Shown in pieces: positions 1-8,287 of a DNA stretch of 32,000 bases. How positions within the stretch are numbered: the stretch's first letter is position 1; each line of letters starts with the position of its first letter. The stretch comes from Alkalilimnicola ehrlichii MLHE-1 (lineage in GTDB: Bacteria > Pseudomonadota > Gammaproteobacteria > Nitrococcales > Halorhodospiraceae): contig NC_008340.1 of the NCBI RefSeq assembly GCF_000014785.1, positions 1,380,001 through 1,412,000 of the forward strand, given 5' to 3'. The position numbers and the translations under genes were made by a program. The notes under the pieces were generated by a model. It did not search any database. It was not told where the DNA came from and saw only the letters and a program-made list of their open reading frames with translations.

Positions 1-666
1 CGGGACGGGGAGGATGAGCTCCGGGAGGAGCACTTTGAGTACCTGTTGGCCGCCACCGGCCGGCGTCCGAACGTGGACCGGTTGGATATCGGCAATGCCG
101 GGCTGGCGCTCGATGACCAGGGGCTGCCGGTCTTCGACCGCTATACCCTGCAGTGCGGCGACAGCAGCGTGTTCATCGCCGGTGACGCCAACAACCATCT
201 GCCTCTGCTCCACGAGGCGGCCGATGAGGGCGTCATTGCCGGGCGGAACGCGGCCCGCTTCCCGGAGGTGGCGCCGGGACATCGGCACTGCCCGCTGAGC
301 ATCGTCTTCACCGATCCGCAGATCGCGATGGTCGGCGATGCCCGTGCGGAGCTGGAAGAGGGCACCTATGCGGTGGGTGAACTGGATTTCAGCGCCCAGG
401 CTCGGGCCAGGGTGATGGGCGAGGACCATGGTCTGATGCGGGTCTACGGCCGCTACTCGGACGGCCGGTTCTTGGGGGCGGAGATCTTCACACCCCGGGC
501 GGAGCACATGGCCCATCTATTGGCCTGGTGCCGGGAACAGGGCCTGACCGTTGCCGAGATGATCGACAAGCCTTACTACCATCCGGTGCTTGAGGAGGGG
601 TTGCGCAACGCCCTGCAGATGCTTCAGAGCCGTCTGGAACAGGGCCGAGGCCAGGTCCGGCCCTGA
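1..666 (+). CDS. FAD-dependent pyridine nucleotide-disulfide oxidoreductase, dihydrolipoyl-dehydrogenase-like (C-terminal part; 5' end lies outside the window)
   Basis: Frame 1 is open from base 1 (RDGEDELREEHFEYLLAATGRRPNVDRLDIGNAGL...) to the TGA at 664-666. Motifs FIAGDANNHLPLLHEAADEGVIAG, LSIVFTDPQIAMVG and KPYYHPVLEEGL fit the central and C-terminal dimerisation parts of class I disulfide oxidoreductases. Strong GC3 bias. The exact enzyme cannot be decided from sequence alone. Confidence 0.75.
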   Translation, partial: RDGEDELREEHFEYLLAATGRRPNVDRLDIGNAGLALDDQGLPVFDRYTLQCGDSSVFIAGDANNHLPLLHEAADEGVIAGRNAARFPEVAPGHRHCPLSIVFTDPQIAMVGDARAELEEGTYAVGELDFSAQARARVMGEDHGLMRVYGRYSDGRFLGAEIFTPRAEHMAHLLAWCREQGLTVAEMIDKPYYHPVLEEGLRNALQMLQSRLEQGRGQVRP

Positions 667-696
667 TGGGGCGCCGGCGACCGGCCATCGGCATGA

Positions 697-713
697 CCCC
701 CGCGCTGCGGGGG
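697..713. terminator. GC-rich hairpin between convergent genes (CCCCCGC-gct-GCGGGGG), no U-tract
   Basis: A 7-bp perfect stem with a 3-nt loop sits in the 67-nt gap between the stop at 666 (+) and the stop at 734 (-). There is no flanking T/A run, so this is only a weak terminator candidate. Confidence 0.25.
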
Positions 714-733
714 CGTCCGGTGGGTGGGGGGCG

Positions 734-1207
734 TCAGGCGAAGCCCGGCGGATTCCACTCGTCCATCATCTTGCGCCGCGCCGCATCCAGGCGCTCCGAC
801 ATCAGACTGGCGAAGTGTTTGAGGATGGCGTAGCCCAGCCTCGGGTCCTTCTCGCAGTGCTGGCGGATGACCTCGCCCTCGAACTCCACCAGCCGGGTCG
901 GTGCCTCGGCGCGTGCCTGGAAGGTCCATCGGTAGGGTGGGATCAGCCAGGACCAGCCCAGCACTTGGCCTGCCGTCAGGCTTTGTACCTCCAGTGTCGG
1001 CCCTTCAATGGCAGGGACCTCGATCACAATGTTGCCATCCTTGAGCAAATAAAAGTGACGGGCCGGATCGCCGTTGCTGAACAGCACCTCGTCCTTGTCC
1101 AGGGAGATCTCGCTGGCATGTTCGGCCAGCAGGTCCAGTACGGCATTGTCGAAATCGGAGAAGAAATCCTGATCGGCCAGGAATTGTTTGATCGCTGCTT
1201 TGGTCAC
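734..1207 (-). CDS. stand-alone cyclic nucleotide-binding (cNMP/Crp-type effector) domain protein, 157 aa
   Basis: The translation FFSDFDNAVLDLLAEHASEISLDKDEVLFSNGDPARHFYLLKDGNIVIEV...GQVLGWSWL...ARAEAPTRLVEFEG follows the beta-barrel cNMP-binding domain pattern. No DNA-binding HTH follows. GGAGG-type RBS (aaggaggtagcacc) lies upstream of the ATG at 1207. Confidence 0.8.
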   Translation of the reverse strand: MTKAAIKQFLADQDFFSDFDNAVLDLLAEHASEISLDKDEVLFSNGDPARHFYLLKDGNIVIEVPAIEGPTLEVQSLTAGQVLGWSWLIPPYRWTFQARAEAPTRLVEFEGEVIRQHCEKDPRLGYAILKHFASLMSERLDAARRKMMDEWNPPGFA

Positions 1208-1475
1208 GGTGCTACCTCCTTGCCCGTCCGCCGCCGTTTGCGGTTATGGTTCGGGCCAGCCAGTGCCTTCTTATGATTCTTTAGAGCCCGCGGGCGACTT
1301 TGGTGTTCCCGCGGACCGACGTATTTTGTGCGGAGCACTGCCCCCAGCCTAGACTAAGCGGCGGGGCGTGTAACCCTGCACCGAGGCGGCAGATCAGCAC
1401 ACCGGCCCGACGCCCCGCGGGCGAAACGTAGGGTGGCTGCCGCCGGTGAGCGGCCGGTCAAACGGCGGGAGGCAG

Positions 1476-1784
1476 ATGATGAAAGTGACGGTGGATTTGT
1501 GCGTGATTCCCCTCGGGGCCGGGGTCTCTCTGGGCGGGTATATTGCCGCCTGTGAGCGGGTCCTGGAGGACGCCGGACTGAGCCACGAACTCCATCCCTA
1601 CGGCACCAATATCGAAGGCGAGTGGGACGCGGTCTTCGCCGCCGTCCGCCGTTGCCATGAGGTGGTGCACGACATGGGCGCCCCGCGGGTCTTTACCACC
1701 CTCAAAGTGGGCACCCGCACCGATCGGGACCAGTCCCTGCAGGACAAGGTGGCGAGTGTGCATCGCCATCTGGGCCAGGCATGA
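1476..1784 (+). CDS. MTH1187/YkoF-family (DUF77) small thiamine-binding-like protein
   Basis: MMKVTVDLCVIPLGAGVSLGGYIAACERVLEDAGLSHELHPYGTNIEGEWDAV...RVFTTLKVGTRTDR...KVASV is the typical ~100-aa DUF77 pattern. I prefer the ATG at 1476 (RBS GGGAGG 4 nt upstream) to the GTG at 1446 in the ORF track. Confidence 0.8.
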   Translation: MMKVTVDLCVIPLGAGVSLGGYIAACERVLEDAGLSHELHPYGTNIEGEWDAVFAAVRRCHEVVHDMGAPRVFTTLKVGTRTDRDQSLQDKVASVHRHLGQA

Positions 1785-2188
1785 GGGTGTTCCGCACCCT
1801 TTTCCCCGCGGAAAGCCGGCGCCTGCCCGCTCAGCGTTGGGTCAACATCGGGCTGCGCTCTCTGCACCTGATGGGGACGGCCGGACTCGGCGGCGCCTAC
1901 CTCTATGAGGCGCCGCAGGCGGCCTGGTTGCCCTATTTCTGGCTGACCATGGTGTCCGGGGTGTTGATGGCGGCTATCCACATCTGGAACAACGGGATCT
2001 GGCTGATCCAGGTGCGCGGCCTGGCGATCATGGCCAAGGTGCTGCTGTTGTTGCTCATTGCATGGCTGGAGGGCGCGGATCTTGCGCTGTTTCTGTTGGT
2101 CATACTGATATCGGGTGTAATCGCCCATGCGCCGGGTGACCTGCGCTATTACTCGCCATGGTATGGAAAACGCATGGAGAAACTGTAG
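1781..2188 (+). CDS. hypothetical small polytopic membrane protein (135 aa)
   Basis: ATGA start/stop overlap with the DUF77 gene (1781-1784). Several hydrophobic segments (LGGAYLY..., FWLTMVSGVLMAAIHIW, IMAKVLLLLLIAWL, LALFLLVILISGVIAHA). GC3-rich codons. No family recognised. Confidence 0.6.
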   Translation: MRVFRTLFPAESRRLPAQRWVNIGLRSLHLMGTAGLGGAYLYEAPQAAWLPYFWLTMVSGVLMAAIHIWNNGIWLIQVRGLAIMAKVLLLLLIAWLEGADLALFLLVILISGVIAHAPGDLRYYSPWYGKRMEKL

Positions 2189-2496
2189 TCATAAGAGAAG
2201 CGCGTCACAAAATGAGTCGTCAGACACTTGCCTGCGGACAGTCATATGCCTACCCTGCGTTATTCGTCTGCGCGGCCGATTCCAAGTGAGGTCGTATATG
2301 TCCGGGTGGTGGCTGCCAAGCCGTTGATCCCAGGGCCATCTCTTTGCGGGCGTTGCGGGGGCCGAGGGCCCCGGGCGCCAAGTTCGACACCTGTTCCGGG
2401 TGCCGTTCCGGGTTTCTGGTAGGTCCAGTGCATGTCCGGCTGTAGGCGGGCAGGGCCGGGCCTTCGCCGGAGCCCGCGATATGTGGGAGGAAGATT

Positions 2497-3867
2497 ATGA
2501 GCCAAATGCTTCCGCTGCGTCCCGTCGATCGGGATGGAACCTTCGAAGCGCGTCGATTCCAGGTCTTTACGGCCCGCAACATGGACAAGATTCCGGGGCT
2601 GGACCGGATGCCAGAGGACGAGCGCTTCGCCATGCGGGTGGTGGCCAATGTGCTGCCCTTCCGGGTGAATGAGTACGTCATCAACGAACTTATTGACTGG
2701 GAGAAGGCGCCGGATGACCCCATCTACCAGCTGACCATCCCCCAGCGGGGCATGTTGGCTCCGGCGCTGTTCGACCGCATGGCCGATGTGCTGCGGCGGG
2801 ACGCGTCGCGTGAGGAGATCAACCGGGTGGCCTGGGAGATCCGCAACGAACTCAATCCCCACCCCGCGGGCCAGATGAAGCTGAATGTCCCCCAGCACGA
2901 CGGCGAGAAGCTGGAGGGCATGCAGCACAAGTACAACGAGACTGTGCTGTTCTTCCCCAGCCAGGGCCAGGTCTGCCACTCCTACTGCACCTTCTGTTTC
3001 CGTTGGGCGCAGTTTGTCGGCGATAAAGACCTGCAGTTCGCCTCCAACGAGGCGGAGCGGCTGCACGCCTATCTGCGCGACCACCGGGAGGTCAGCGACC
3101 TGCTCCTCACCGGCGGCGACCCCATGGTCATGAAGACCCGGAAGCTCGAGGAGTATCTCGACCCCCTGCTGGCGGCCGACCTGGAGCATGTGCAGACGGT
3201 GCGGCTGGGCACCAAGGCGCTGACCTTCTGGCCTTACCGCTTCGTCACTGACAAAGATGCCGACGATCTGCTGCGGCTGTTCGAGCGGCTGGTCAACAGT
3301 GGCCGGCACGTGGCGCTGATGGCCCACTACAACCACCCGCAGGAGCTCAAGACGCCGATTGCGGAGGAGGCCATCCGGCGTATCCGCGACACCGGCGTGG
3401 AGATCCGTGCCCAGGGGCCGCTGCTCGCGCACATCAATGACAGCAGTGAGGCCTGGGCGGAGCTTTGGCGCAAGCAGGTGCGGCTCGGCATCATCCCCTA
3501 TTACATGTTCGTGGAGCGCGACACCGGGGCCCGGCACTACTTCGAGGTGCCCCTGGCGCGGGCCTGGGAGATCTACCGCGACGCCATGAAGCAGGTCTCC
3601 GGGCTGGGACGCACCGCGCGAGGCCCGTCGATGAGCGCCGGCCCGGGCAAGGTGGAGGTGCAGGGCATTACCGAGGTCCAGGGCGAGAAGGTATTCGTGC
3701 TGCGCTTCATCCAGGGGCGCAACCCGGACTGGGTCCAGCGGCCCTTCTTTGCCAAGTTCGATCCCAACGCCACCTGGCTGGATCAGTTGCAACCGGCGTT
3801 CGGTGAAGATAAATTCTTCTTCCAGGATGAATATGACGCCATGCTGGCGTCGGTCGAATCCGACTGA
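2497..3867 (+). CDS. KamA-family radical SAM aminomutase (lysine 2,3-aminomutase-like), 456 aa
   Basis: Radical SAM cluster motif CHSYCTFCFRW follows MQHKYNETVLFFPSQ. Also present: LLLTGGDPMVM, VRLGTKALTFWPYRF, HVALMAHYNHPQE and IPYYMFVERDTGARHYFEVPL, all characteristic of KamA/EpmB-type aminomutases. Strong RBS GGGAGGAAG before the ATG at 2497. Confidence 0.9.
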   Translation: MSQMLPLRPVDRDGTFEARRFQVFTARNMDKIPGLDRMPEDERFAMRVVANVLPFRVNEYVINELIDWEKAPDDPIYQLTIPQRGMLAPALFDRMADVLRRDASREEINRVAWEIRNELNPHPAGQMKLNVPQHDGEKLEGMQHKYNETVLFFPSQGQVCHSYCTFCFRWAQFVGDKDLQFASNEAERLHAYLRDHREVSDLLLTGGDPMVMKTRKLEEYLDPLLAADLEHVQTVRLGTKALTFWPYRFVTDKDADDLLRLFERLVNSGRHVALMAHYNHPQELKTPIAEEAIRRIRDTGVEIRAQGPLLAHINDSSEAWAELWRKQVRLGIIPYYMFVERDTGARHYFEVPLARAWEIYRDAMKQVSGLGRTARGPSMSAGPGKVEVQGITEVQGEKVFVLRFIQGRNPDWVQRPFFAKFDPNATWLDQLQPAFGEDKFFFQDEYDAMLASVESD

Positions 3868-3890
3868 CCCACCTGACCCACCCCCACCCC

Positions 3891-3922
3891 GGTCCCCCGC
3901 TCCTGCGGGGGACCTTCGGTTT
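3891..3922 (+). terminator. rho-independent terminator after the KamA-family gene
   Basis: GGTCCCCCGC-tcct-GCGGGGGACC (10-bp perfect stem, 4-nt loop) followed by TTCGGTTT, starting 24 nt after the stop codon. Confidence 0.6.
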
Positions 3923-3990
3923 GGGCCGGTGGTTGCCCGGCCTGAGCCTGGTGCAGGCCGGCTGCTGTAACCCCGTGAGGCAAGGCCCTG

Positions 3991-5115
3991 ATGCGTATCG
4001 GTCTCCAGCTCATCATTCTGTTCTTCCTTATGCTCGTCGGCGGCGCCGGTTGGTACGCGCTGATGCTCTCCGCGGCGGACGGGGAGGGCGACCAGCGGCC
4101 CTCGATGGCCGCGCCGGTTCAGATTGCCCCGGTGGAGCGCGATGAGGTGCTACGCACCGTGGAGTCGGTGGGGTCCACCCGGGCGCTGGAGTCAGTGACG
4201 GTGACCCCGGAGGTCTCCGGTCGCATCGCCACGATCCATTTTGCCGAGGGGGATCGCGTCGGTGAGGGCGATGTGCTGATCAGCCTGGATGATGCCCGCC
4301 ACCAGGCGCGGCTGGCGGAGGCGCTGGCCACCTATGACGACGCCCGGGCCCAGTACGCGCGCGCCGAGCGGTTGCTGGCCACCAACCACATCTCCCAGGC
4401 GGAGCTGGATCAACGGGAGGCGGCCATGAAGGTGGCCGGGGCCCAGGTGCAGGTCGCCCGTGCCGAGCTGCGTGACCGTCAGATTCGGGCACCCTTTGAC
4501 GGTGTGACCGGACTGCGCGGGGTCAGCGTGGGGGCCTACGTCACCACCGACACGGTGATCACCACCCTGGACGACCTGGAGCGCCTGCGGCTGGACTTCT
4601 CAGTACCGGAGCGTTTCCTGCCGACGCTGCAGGTGGGGATGCCCGTGCTGGCCTACAGCGACGGTTACGGCGGGGCCTTCGAGGGTGAGGTCCGGCGATT
4701 GGACAGCCGGGTGGATCCGGTGACCCGGACCTTGCGCCTGCAGGCGGAGTTGGACAACCGGGACAATCGGCTGCGTCCCGGCATGTTCATGAACGTCGAC
4801 CTGGTGCTGGAGCGGGAGCCGGACGCCCTGCTGGTGCCCGAGGAGGCCCTGCTGCTGGAAGGGCGGGGCAAGTACGTCTTTGTCCTCCAGCGTGGAGAGG
4901 GCGACGAGCCTGACCTGGTCCGGCGCCAGGCGGTGGAGACGGGCATCCGGCGGGGCGGCCGGGTCCAGGTTACCGACGGCCTGGCGGAGGGTGACTACGT
5001 GGTTCGGTCAGGGCTGCAGCGGCTGCGCGACGGCGCTGAAGTGCGTGTCCTGAACCCGCCCGAGGCGACCGAGGGCGAGGAGGTCGTCGCCGCGGCCGAC
5101 GGCGCCGAGGGCTGA
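3991..5115 (+). CDS. efflux RND transporter periplasmic adaptor subunit (MFP/HlyD family)
   Basis: N-terminal TM segment, then VTPEVSGRIATIHFAEGDRVGEGDVLISLDD, a coiled-coil segment, IRAPFDGVTGLRGVSVGAYV and PGMFMNVDLV, which are typical MFP lipoyl and beta-barrel motifs. It lies 6 nt upstream of an RND pump gene. Confidence 0.9.
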   Translation: MRIGLQLIILFFLMLVGGAGWYALMLSAADGEGDQRPSMAAPVQIAPVERDEVLRTVESVGSTRALESVTVTPEVSGRIATIHFAEGDRVGEGDVLISLDDARHQARLAEALATYDDARAQYARAERLLATNHISQAELDQREAAMKVAGAQVQVARAELRDRQIRAPFDGVTGLRGVSVGAYVTTDTVITTLDDLERLRLDFSVPERFLPTLQVGMPVLAYSDGYGGAFEGEVRRLDSRVDPVTRTLRLQAELDNRDNRLRPGMFMNVDLVLEREPDALLVPEEALLLEGRGKYVFVLQRGEGDEPDLVRRQAVETGIRRGGRVQVTDGLAEGDYVVRSGLQRLRDGAEVRVLNPPEATEGEEVVAAADGAEG

Positions 5116-5121
5116 GCCGTT

Positions 5122-8100
5122 ATGGTCCTTTCCGATATCTCCGTCAAACGCCCGGTACTGGCCACGGTGATCAGTCTGGTCATCGTGGTGCTGGGGGTGG
5201 CCTCGCTCAGCCAGCTACCGATCCGGGAATACCCGGACATCGACCCGCCCGTGGTGTCGGTCACCACCACCTATACCGGTGCCGCCCCCCAGGTCATTGA
5301 CACCGAGATCACCGAGGTGATCGAGTCGGCGGTCAGCGGTGTCGACGGTATCCGCACGATCACCTCCGAGAGCCGTGATGGCCGCGGCCAGACCACCATC
5401 GAGTTCCGCACCAGCCGTGATGTGGACAACGCCGCCAATGACGTCCGTGACGCCATCAACCGGACGTTGGACGACCTGCCCAATGAGGCGGACCAGCCGG
5501 TGGTGGCCAAGGCGGATGCCGACGCCCGGCCGATGATGTGGATCACCCTCAGCTCCGAGCGTTGGACGCCGGAGGAGGTCAGCGATTACGCGGAGCGCTT
5601 CCTGGTGGACCGCCTGTCGGTCCTCGATGGGGTCTCCGATATCTTTATCGGCGGTGAGCGGCGCTACGCCATGCGGGTGTGGCTGGACCGCCGTGCCATG
5701 GCGGCCCGCGGCATTACCGTGGCCGACGTGGAGAGCGCGCTGCGGGCGAATAACGTGGAACTGCCCGCGGGCCGGGTGGAGTCCCGGATGCGCGACCTCA
5801 CCGTGCGTACGGAGACCCGGCTGGCGGAGCCGGAGGAGTTCGCCAACCTGGTGATTCGGCGCACCGACGACTACCTGGTCCGCCTCGGCGAGGTGGCCCA
5901 GGTGGAGCGGGGCGTGGAGGACGACGACACCACCGTGCGCATGAACGACCAGACCGCCATCGGCCTGGGGATTCTGCGCCAGTCCCAGGCCAATACCATC
6001 GCCGTCTCCGACCGCGTGCAGGAGGAGATGGAGGCGATCCGCGCCTCGCTGCCCGAGGGTATGGCGATGGAGGTGGGCTACGATGAGTCCATCTTTGTGC
6101 GCGATTCCATCCGCGAGGTGGTGCGCACCCTGCTTATCGCCGTGGGTCTGGTGATTCTCACCATCTTCATCTTCCTGCGCAGTCTACGGGCCACCTTCAT
6201 CCCCTCGGTGACCATCCCGGTGGCGGTGATCGGGGCCTTCACCGTGATGGCGCCCCTGGGCTTTTCGGTCAACGTCCTGACGCTTTTGGCGCTGATCCTC
6301 GCCATCGGACTGGTGGTGGACGACGCCATTGTCATGCTGGAGAACATCCAGCGTCGGATCGACGAGGGGGAACCGCCTCTGTTGGCGGCCTATCGGGGTG
6401 CCCGCCAGGTGGCCTTCGCCATTATCGCTACCACCGTCACCCTGATCGCCGTCTTCGTGCCCCTGTCCTTTATGGAGGGCAACGTTGGCCGACTGTTCAC
6501 GGAGTTCGGGTTCGTGCTGGCCGCGGCCGTGGCCTTCTCGTCGCTGGTGGCGTTGACCCTAGCGCCCATGCTCTGCTCCAAGTGGTTACGCAGCGGCACC
6601 GAGAACCCCGGGCGGTTGAAACAGGCCACCGATCGACTGTTCCAGGGGCTGACCAACGGCTACCGTTGGGTCCTGGAGCGTTCGTTGAAGATGCCGGTGG
6701 TGGTGCTGGGGGTGGCCGCACTGTTCGCGGGGACCGCCATCACCCTGTTCCAGGCCCTGCCCCAGGAACTGACACCGACCGAGGACCGCGGGGTGTTCAT
6801 TGTGCCCGCCACCGGGCCCCAGGGCGCCACCAGCGAGGCGCTGGATGAGAGTCTGCGGGAACTCGAGGCGCTGCTGGCGCCCCTGCGCGACGAGACCGGT
6901 GAGGCCTTTCGCATCCTCTCCATCGGCGGGTTCCGCGGGGTCACCAACCGTGGTTTCGTCATCGTCGGGCTGACCCCCTGGGGGGATCGCGACCGCCGGC
7001 AGCAGGACATCGTCGCGGAGATGATGCCACAGATCATGGGCGTCCCCGGGGTGCGGGCCTTTGCCGTCAACCCGCCGGGGCTGGGGCAGAGCGGCTTCCA
7101 GCAACCGGTCCAGTTCGTGATCGGCGGGCCCGACTACGAGGATGTGGCCGAGTGGGGCGAGCGGGTCATGGCGCGCGTGCGCGAAGAGAACCCCCGGCTG
7201 GTCAATCTGGATATGGACTACGAGGAGACCCGGCCGCAGGTTCAGGTCCAGGTCAACCGCGCCCGCGCCTCGGACCTGGAGATCCCCATCGATGTGATCG
7301 GCGGGACGTTGCAGACCATGATGGCCTCGCGGGAGGTGACCACCTATCTCGATCGCGGGCGCGAGTACCAAGTGGTGTTGCAGGCGGGAGACGAGGCCCG
7401 GGCCAGCCCCGATGACCTCAGCCATATCTTCGTGCGGGCGGGGGTCAACGGGGAACTGATCTCGCTGTCCAGCCTGCTCACCCTGCGCGAGGAGGGCTCG
7501 CCGCCCACCCTCAACCGGGTGGGCCGGCTGCCGGCGGTCACCCTCACCGCCTCGTTGGCGGACGGCTACGATCTGGGCAGCGCGCTGGAGTACCTAAATC
7601 GGGTGGCGGCCGAGGAGTTGCCGCCGGAGTCCCGGATCAGCTACCTGGGACTGTCCGAGGAGTTCATGGAGACCTCCGGGGCGCTGGTGCTGACCTTCGC
7701 CCTGGCGTTGTTGATCGTCTTCCTGGTCCTGTCGGCCCAGTTCGAGAGCTTCATCCATCCGCTGATCATCCTGGTGGCGGTGCCGCTGGCGGTGACCGGG
7801 GCGCTGGCGGCATTGTTCGTCGGTGGCCTGACGCTGAATATCTATAGCCAGATCGGTATGATCCTGCTGATCGGGTTGATGGCGAAGAACGGGATCCTCA
7901 TCGTCGAGTTCGCCAACCAGATGCGGGATCGGGGGATGACCGTGCGCGAGGCCATCCTGGAGGGCGCCACCCTGCGTTTCCGGCCGGTGCTGATGACCGC
8001 CATTTCTACTATCTTCGGGGCCCTGCCGCTGGTGCTGGCTTTCGGCGCCGGCGCTGAAAGCCGGATGGCCATCGGTACGGTCATTATCGGTGGTATGAGC

Positions 8101-8232
8101 TTTGCCTCCCTGCTGACGCTGGTGGTCATCCCGGTGCTGTACGACCTGTTGGCGCGCTTCACCCGTCCGGTGAACGCCGTGGCGGAGGAGCTCAAGGCGC
8201 TGGGGGCGGAGGAGAGCGCCTACACCCGGTAA
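5122..8232 (+). CDS. efflux RND transporter permease subunit (AcrB/AcrD/AcrF, HAE1-like), 1036 aa
   Basis: SDISVKRPVLATVISLVIVVLG...LPIREYPDIDPPVVSVTTTYTGAAP, LLALILAIGLVVDDAIVMLENI and LIGLMAKNGILIVEFANQ are hallmark RND motifs. The length fits a 12-TM pump. Confidence 0.95.
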   Translation: MVLSDISVKRPVLATVISLVIVVLGVASLSQLPIREYPDIDPPVVSVTTTYTGAAPQVIDTEITEVIESAVSGVDGIRTITSESRDGRGQTTIEFRTSRDVDNAANDVRDAINRTLDDLPNEADQPVVAKADADARPMMWITLSSERWTPEEVSDYAERFLVDRLSVLDGVSDIFIGGERRYAMRVWLDRRAMAARGITVADVESALRANNVELPAGRVESRMRDLTVRTETRLAEPEEFANLVIRRTDDYLVRLGEVAQVERGVEDDDTTVRMNDQTAIGLGILRQSQANTIAVSDRVQEEMEAIRASLPEGMAMEVGYDESIFVRDSIREVVRTLLIAVGLVILTIFIFLRSLRATFIPSVTIPVAVIGAFTVMAPLGFSVNVLTLLALILAIGLVVDDAIVMLENIQRRIDEGEPPLLAAYRGARQVAFAIIATTVTLIAVFVPLSFMEGNVGRLFTEFGFVLAAAVAFSSLVALTLAPMLCSKWLRSGTENPGRLKQATDRLFQGLTNGYRWVLERSLKMPVVVLGVAALFAGTAITLFQALPQELTPTEDRGVFIVPATGPQGATSEALDESLRELEALLAPLRDETGEAFRILSIGGFRGVTNRGFVIVGLTPWGDRDRRQQDIVAEMMPQIMGVPGVRAFAVNPPGLGQSGFQQPVQFVIGGPDYEDVAEWGERVMARVREENPRLVNLDMDYEETRPQVQVQVNRARASDLEIPIDVIGGTLQTMMASREVTTYLDRGREYQVVLQAGDEARASPDDLSHIFVRAGVNGELISLSSLLTLREEGSPPTLNRVGRLPAVTLTASLADGYDLGSALEYLNRVAAEELPPESRISYLGLSEEFMETSGALVLTFALALLIVFLVLSAQFESFIHPLIILVAVPLAVTGALAALFVGGLTLNIYSQIGMILLIGLMAKNGILIVEFANQMRDRGMTVREAILEGATLRFRPVLMTAISTIFGALPLVLAFGAGAESRMAIGTVIIGGMSFASLLTLVVIPVLYDLLARFTRPVNAVAEELKALGAEESAYTR

Positions 8233-8287
8233 CCGCCGGTGCGGGGCAGCGGTCGACCGAGGGAGCTAAGGACGGAGGGGGAGGGCC

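Noticed and set aside
1208-1475. Possible TPP riboswitch upstream of the thiamine-binding-like DUF77 gene.
   Set aside because: I looked for the conserved CUGAGA and ACCUGAUC.GG.UAAUACC elements and did not find them. Only short GC hairpins are present, for example 1288-1314. An Infernal scan would be needed to exclude other RNA families.
2228-2422. Small ORFs in the long intergenic regions (64 aa at 2228-2422 +; 60 aa at 13578-13760 -), considered as possible hidden peptides or RiPP precursors next to the radical SAM gene.
   Set aside because: - Third codon positions lack the strong G/C bias of all confident genes here.
- There is no convincing RBS.
- KamA-type enzymes are not RiPP maturases.
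- These ORFs are kept only as non-coding leader regions.
2260-3792. 510-aa minus-strand ORF antisense to the KamA-family gene. Similar antisense ORFs occur at 6586-7425, 8696-10135, 28414-29646 and 30046-31683.
   Set aside because: The same reasoning applies. The opposite strand carries strongly supported genes (radical SAM CxxxCxxC, RND, EEP nuclease and MFP motifs). These ORFs have biased RPGAH composition and no start context.
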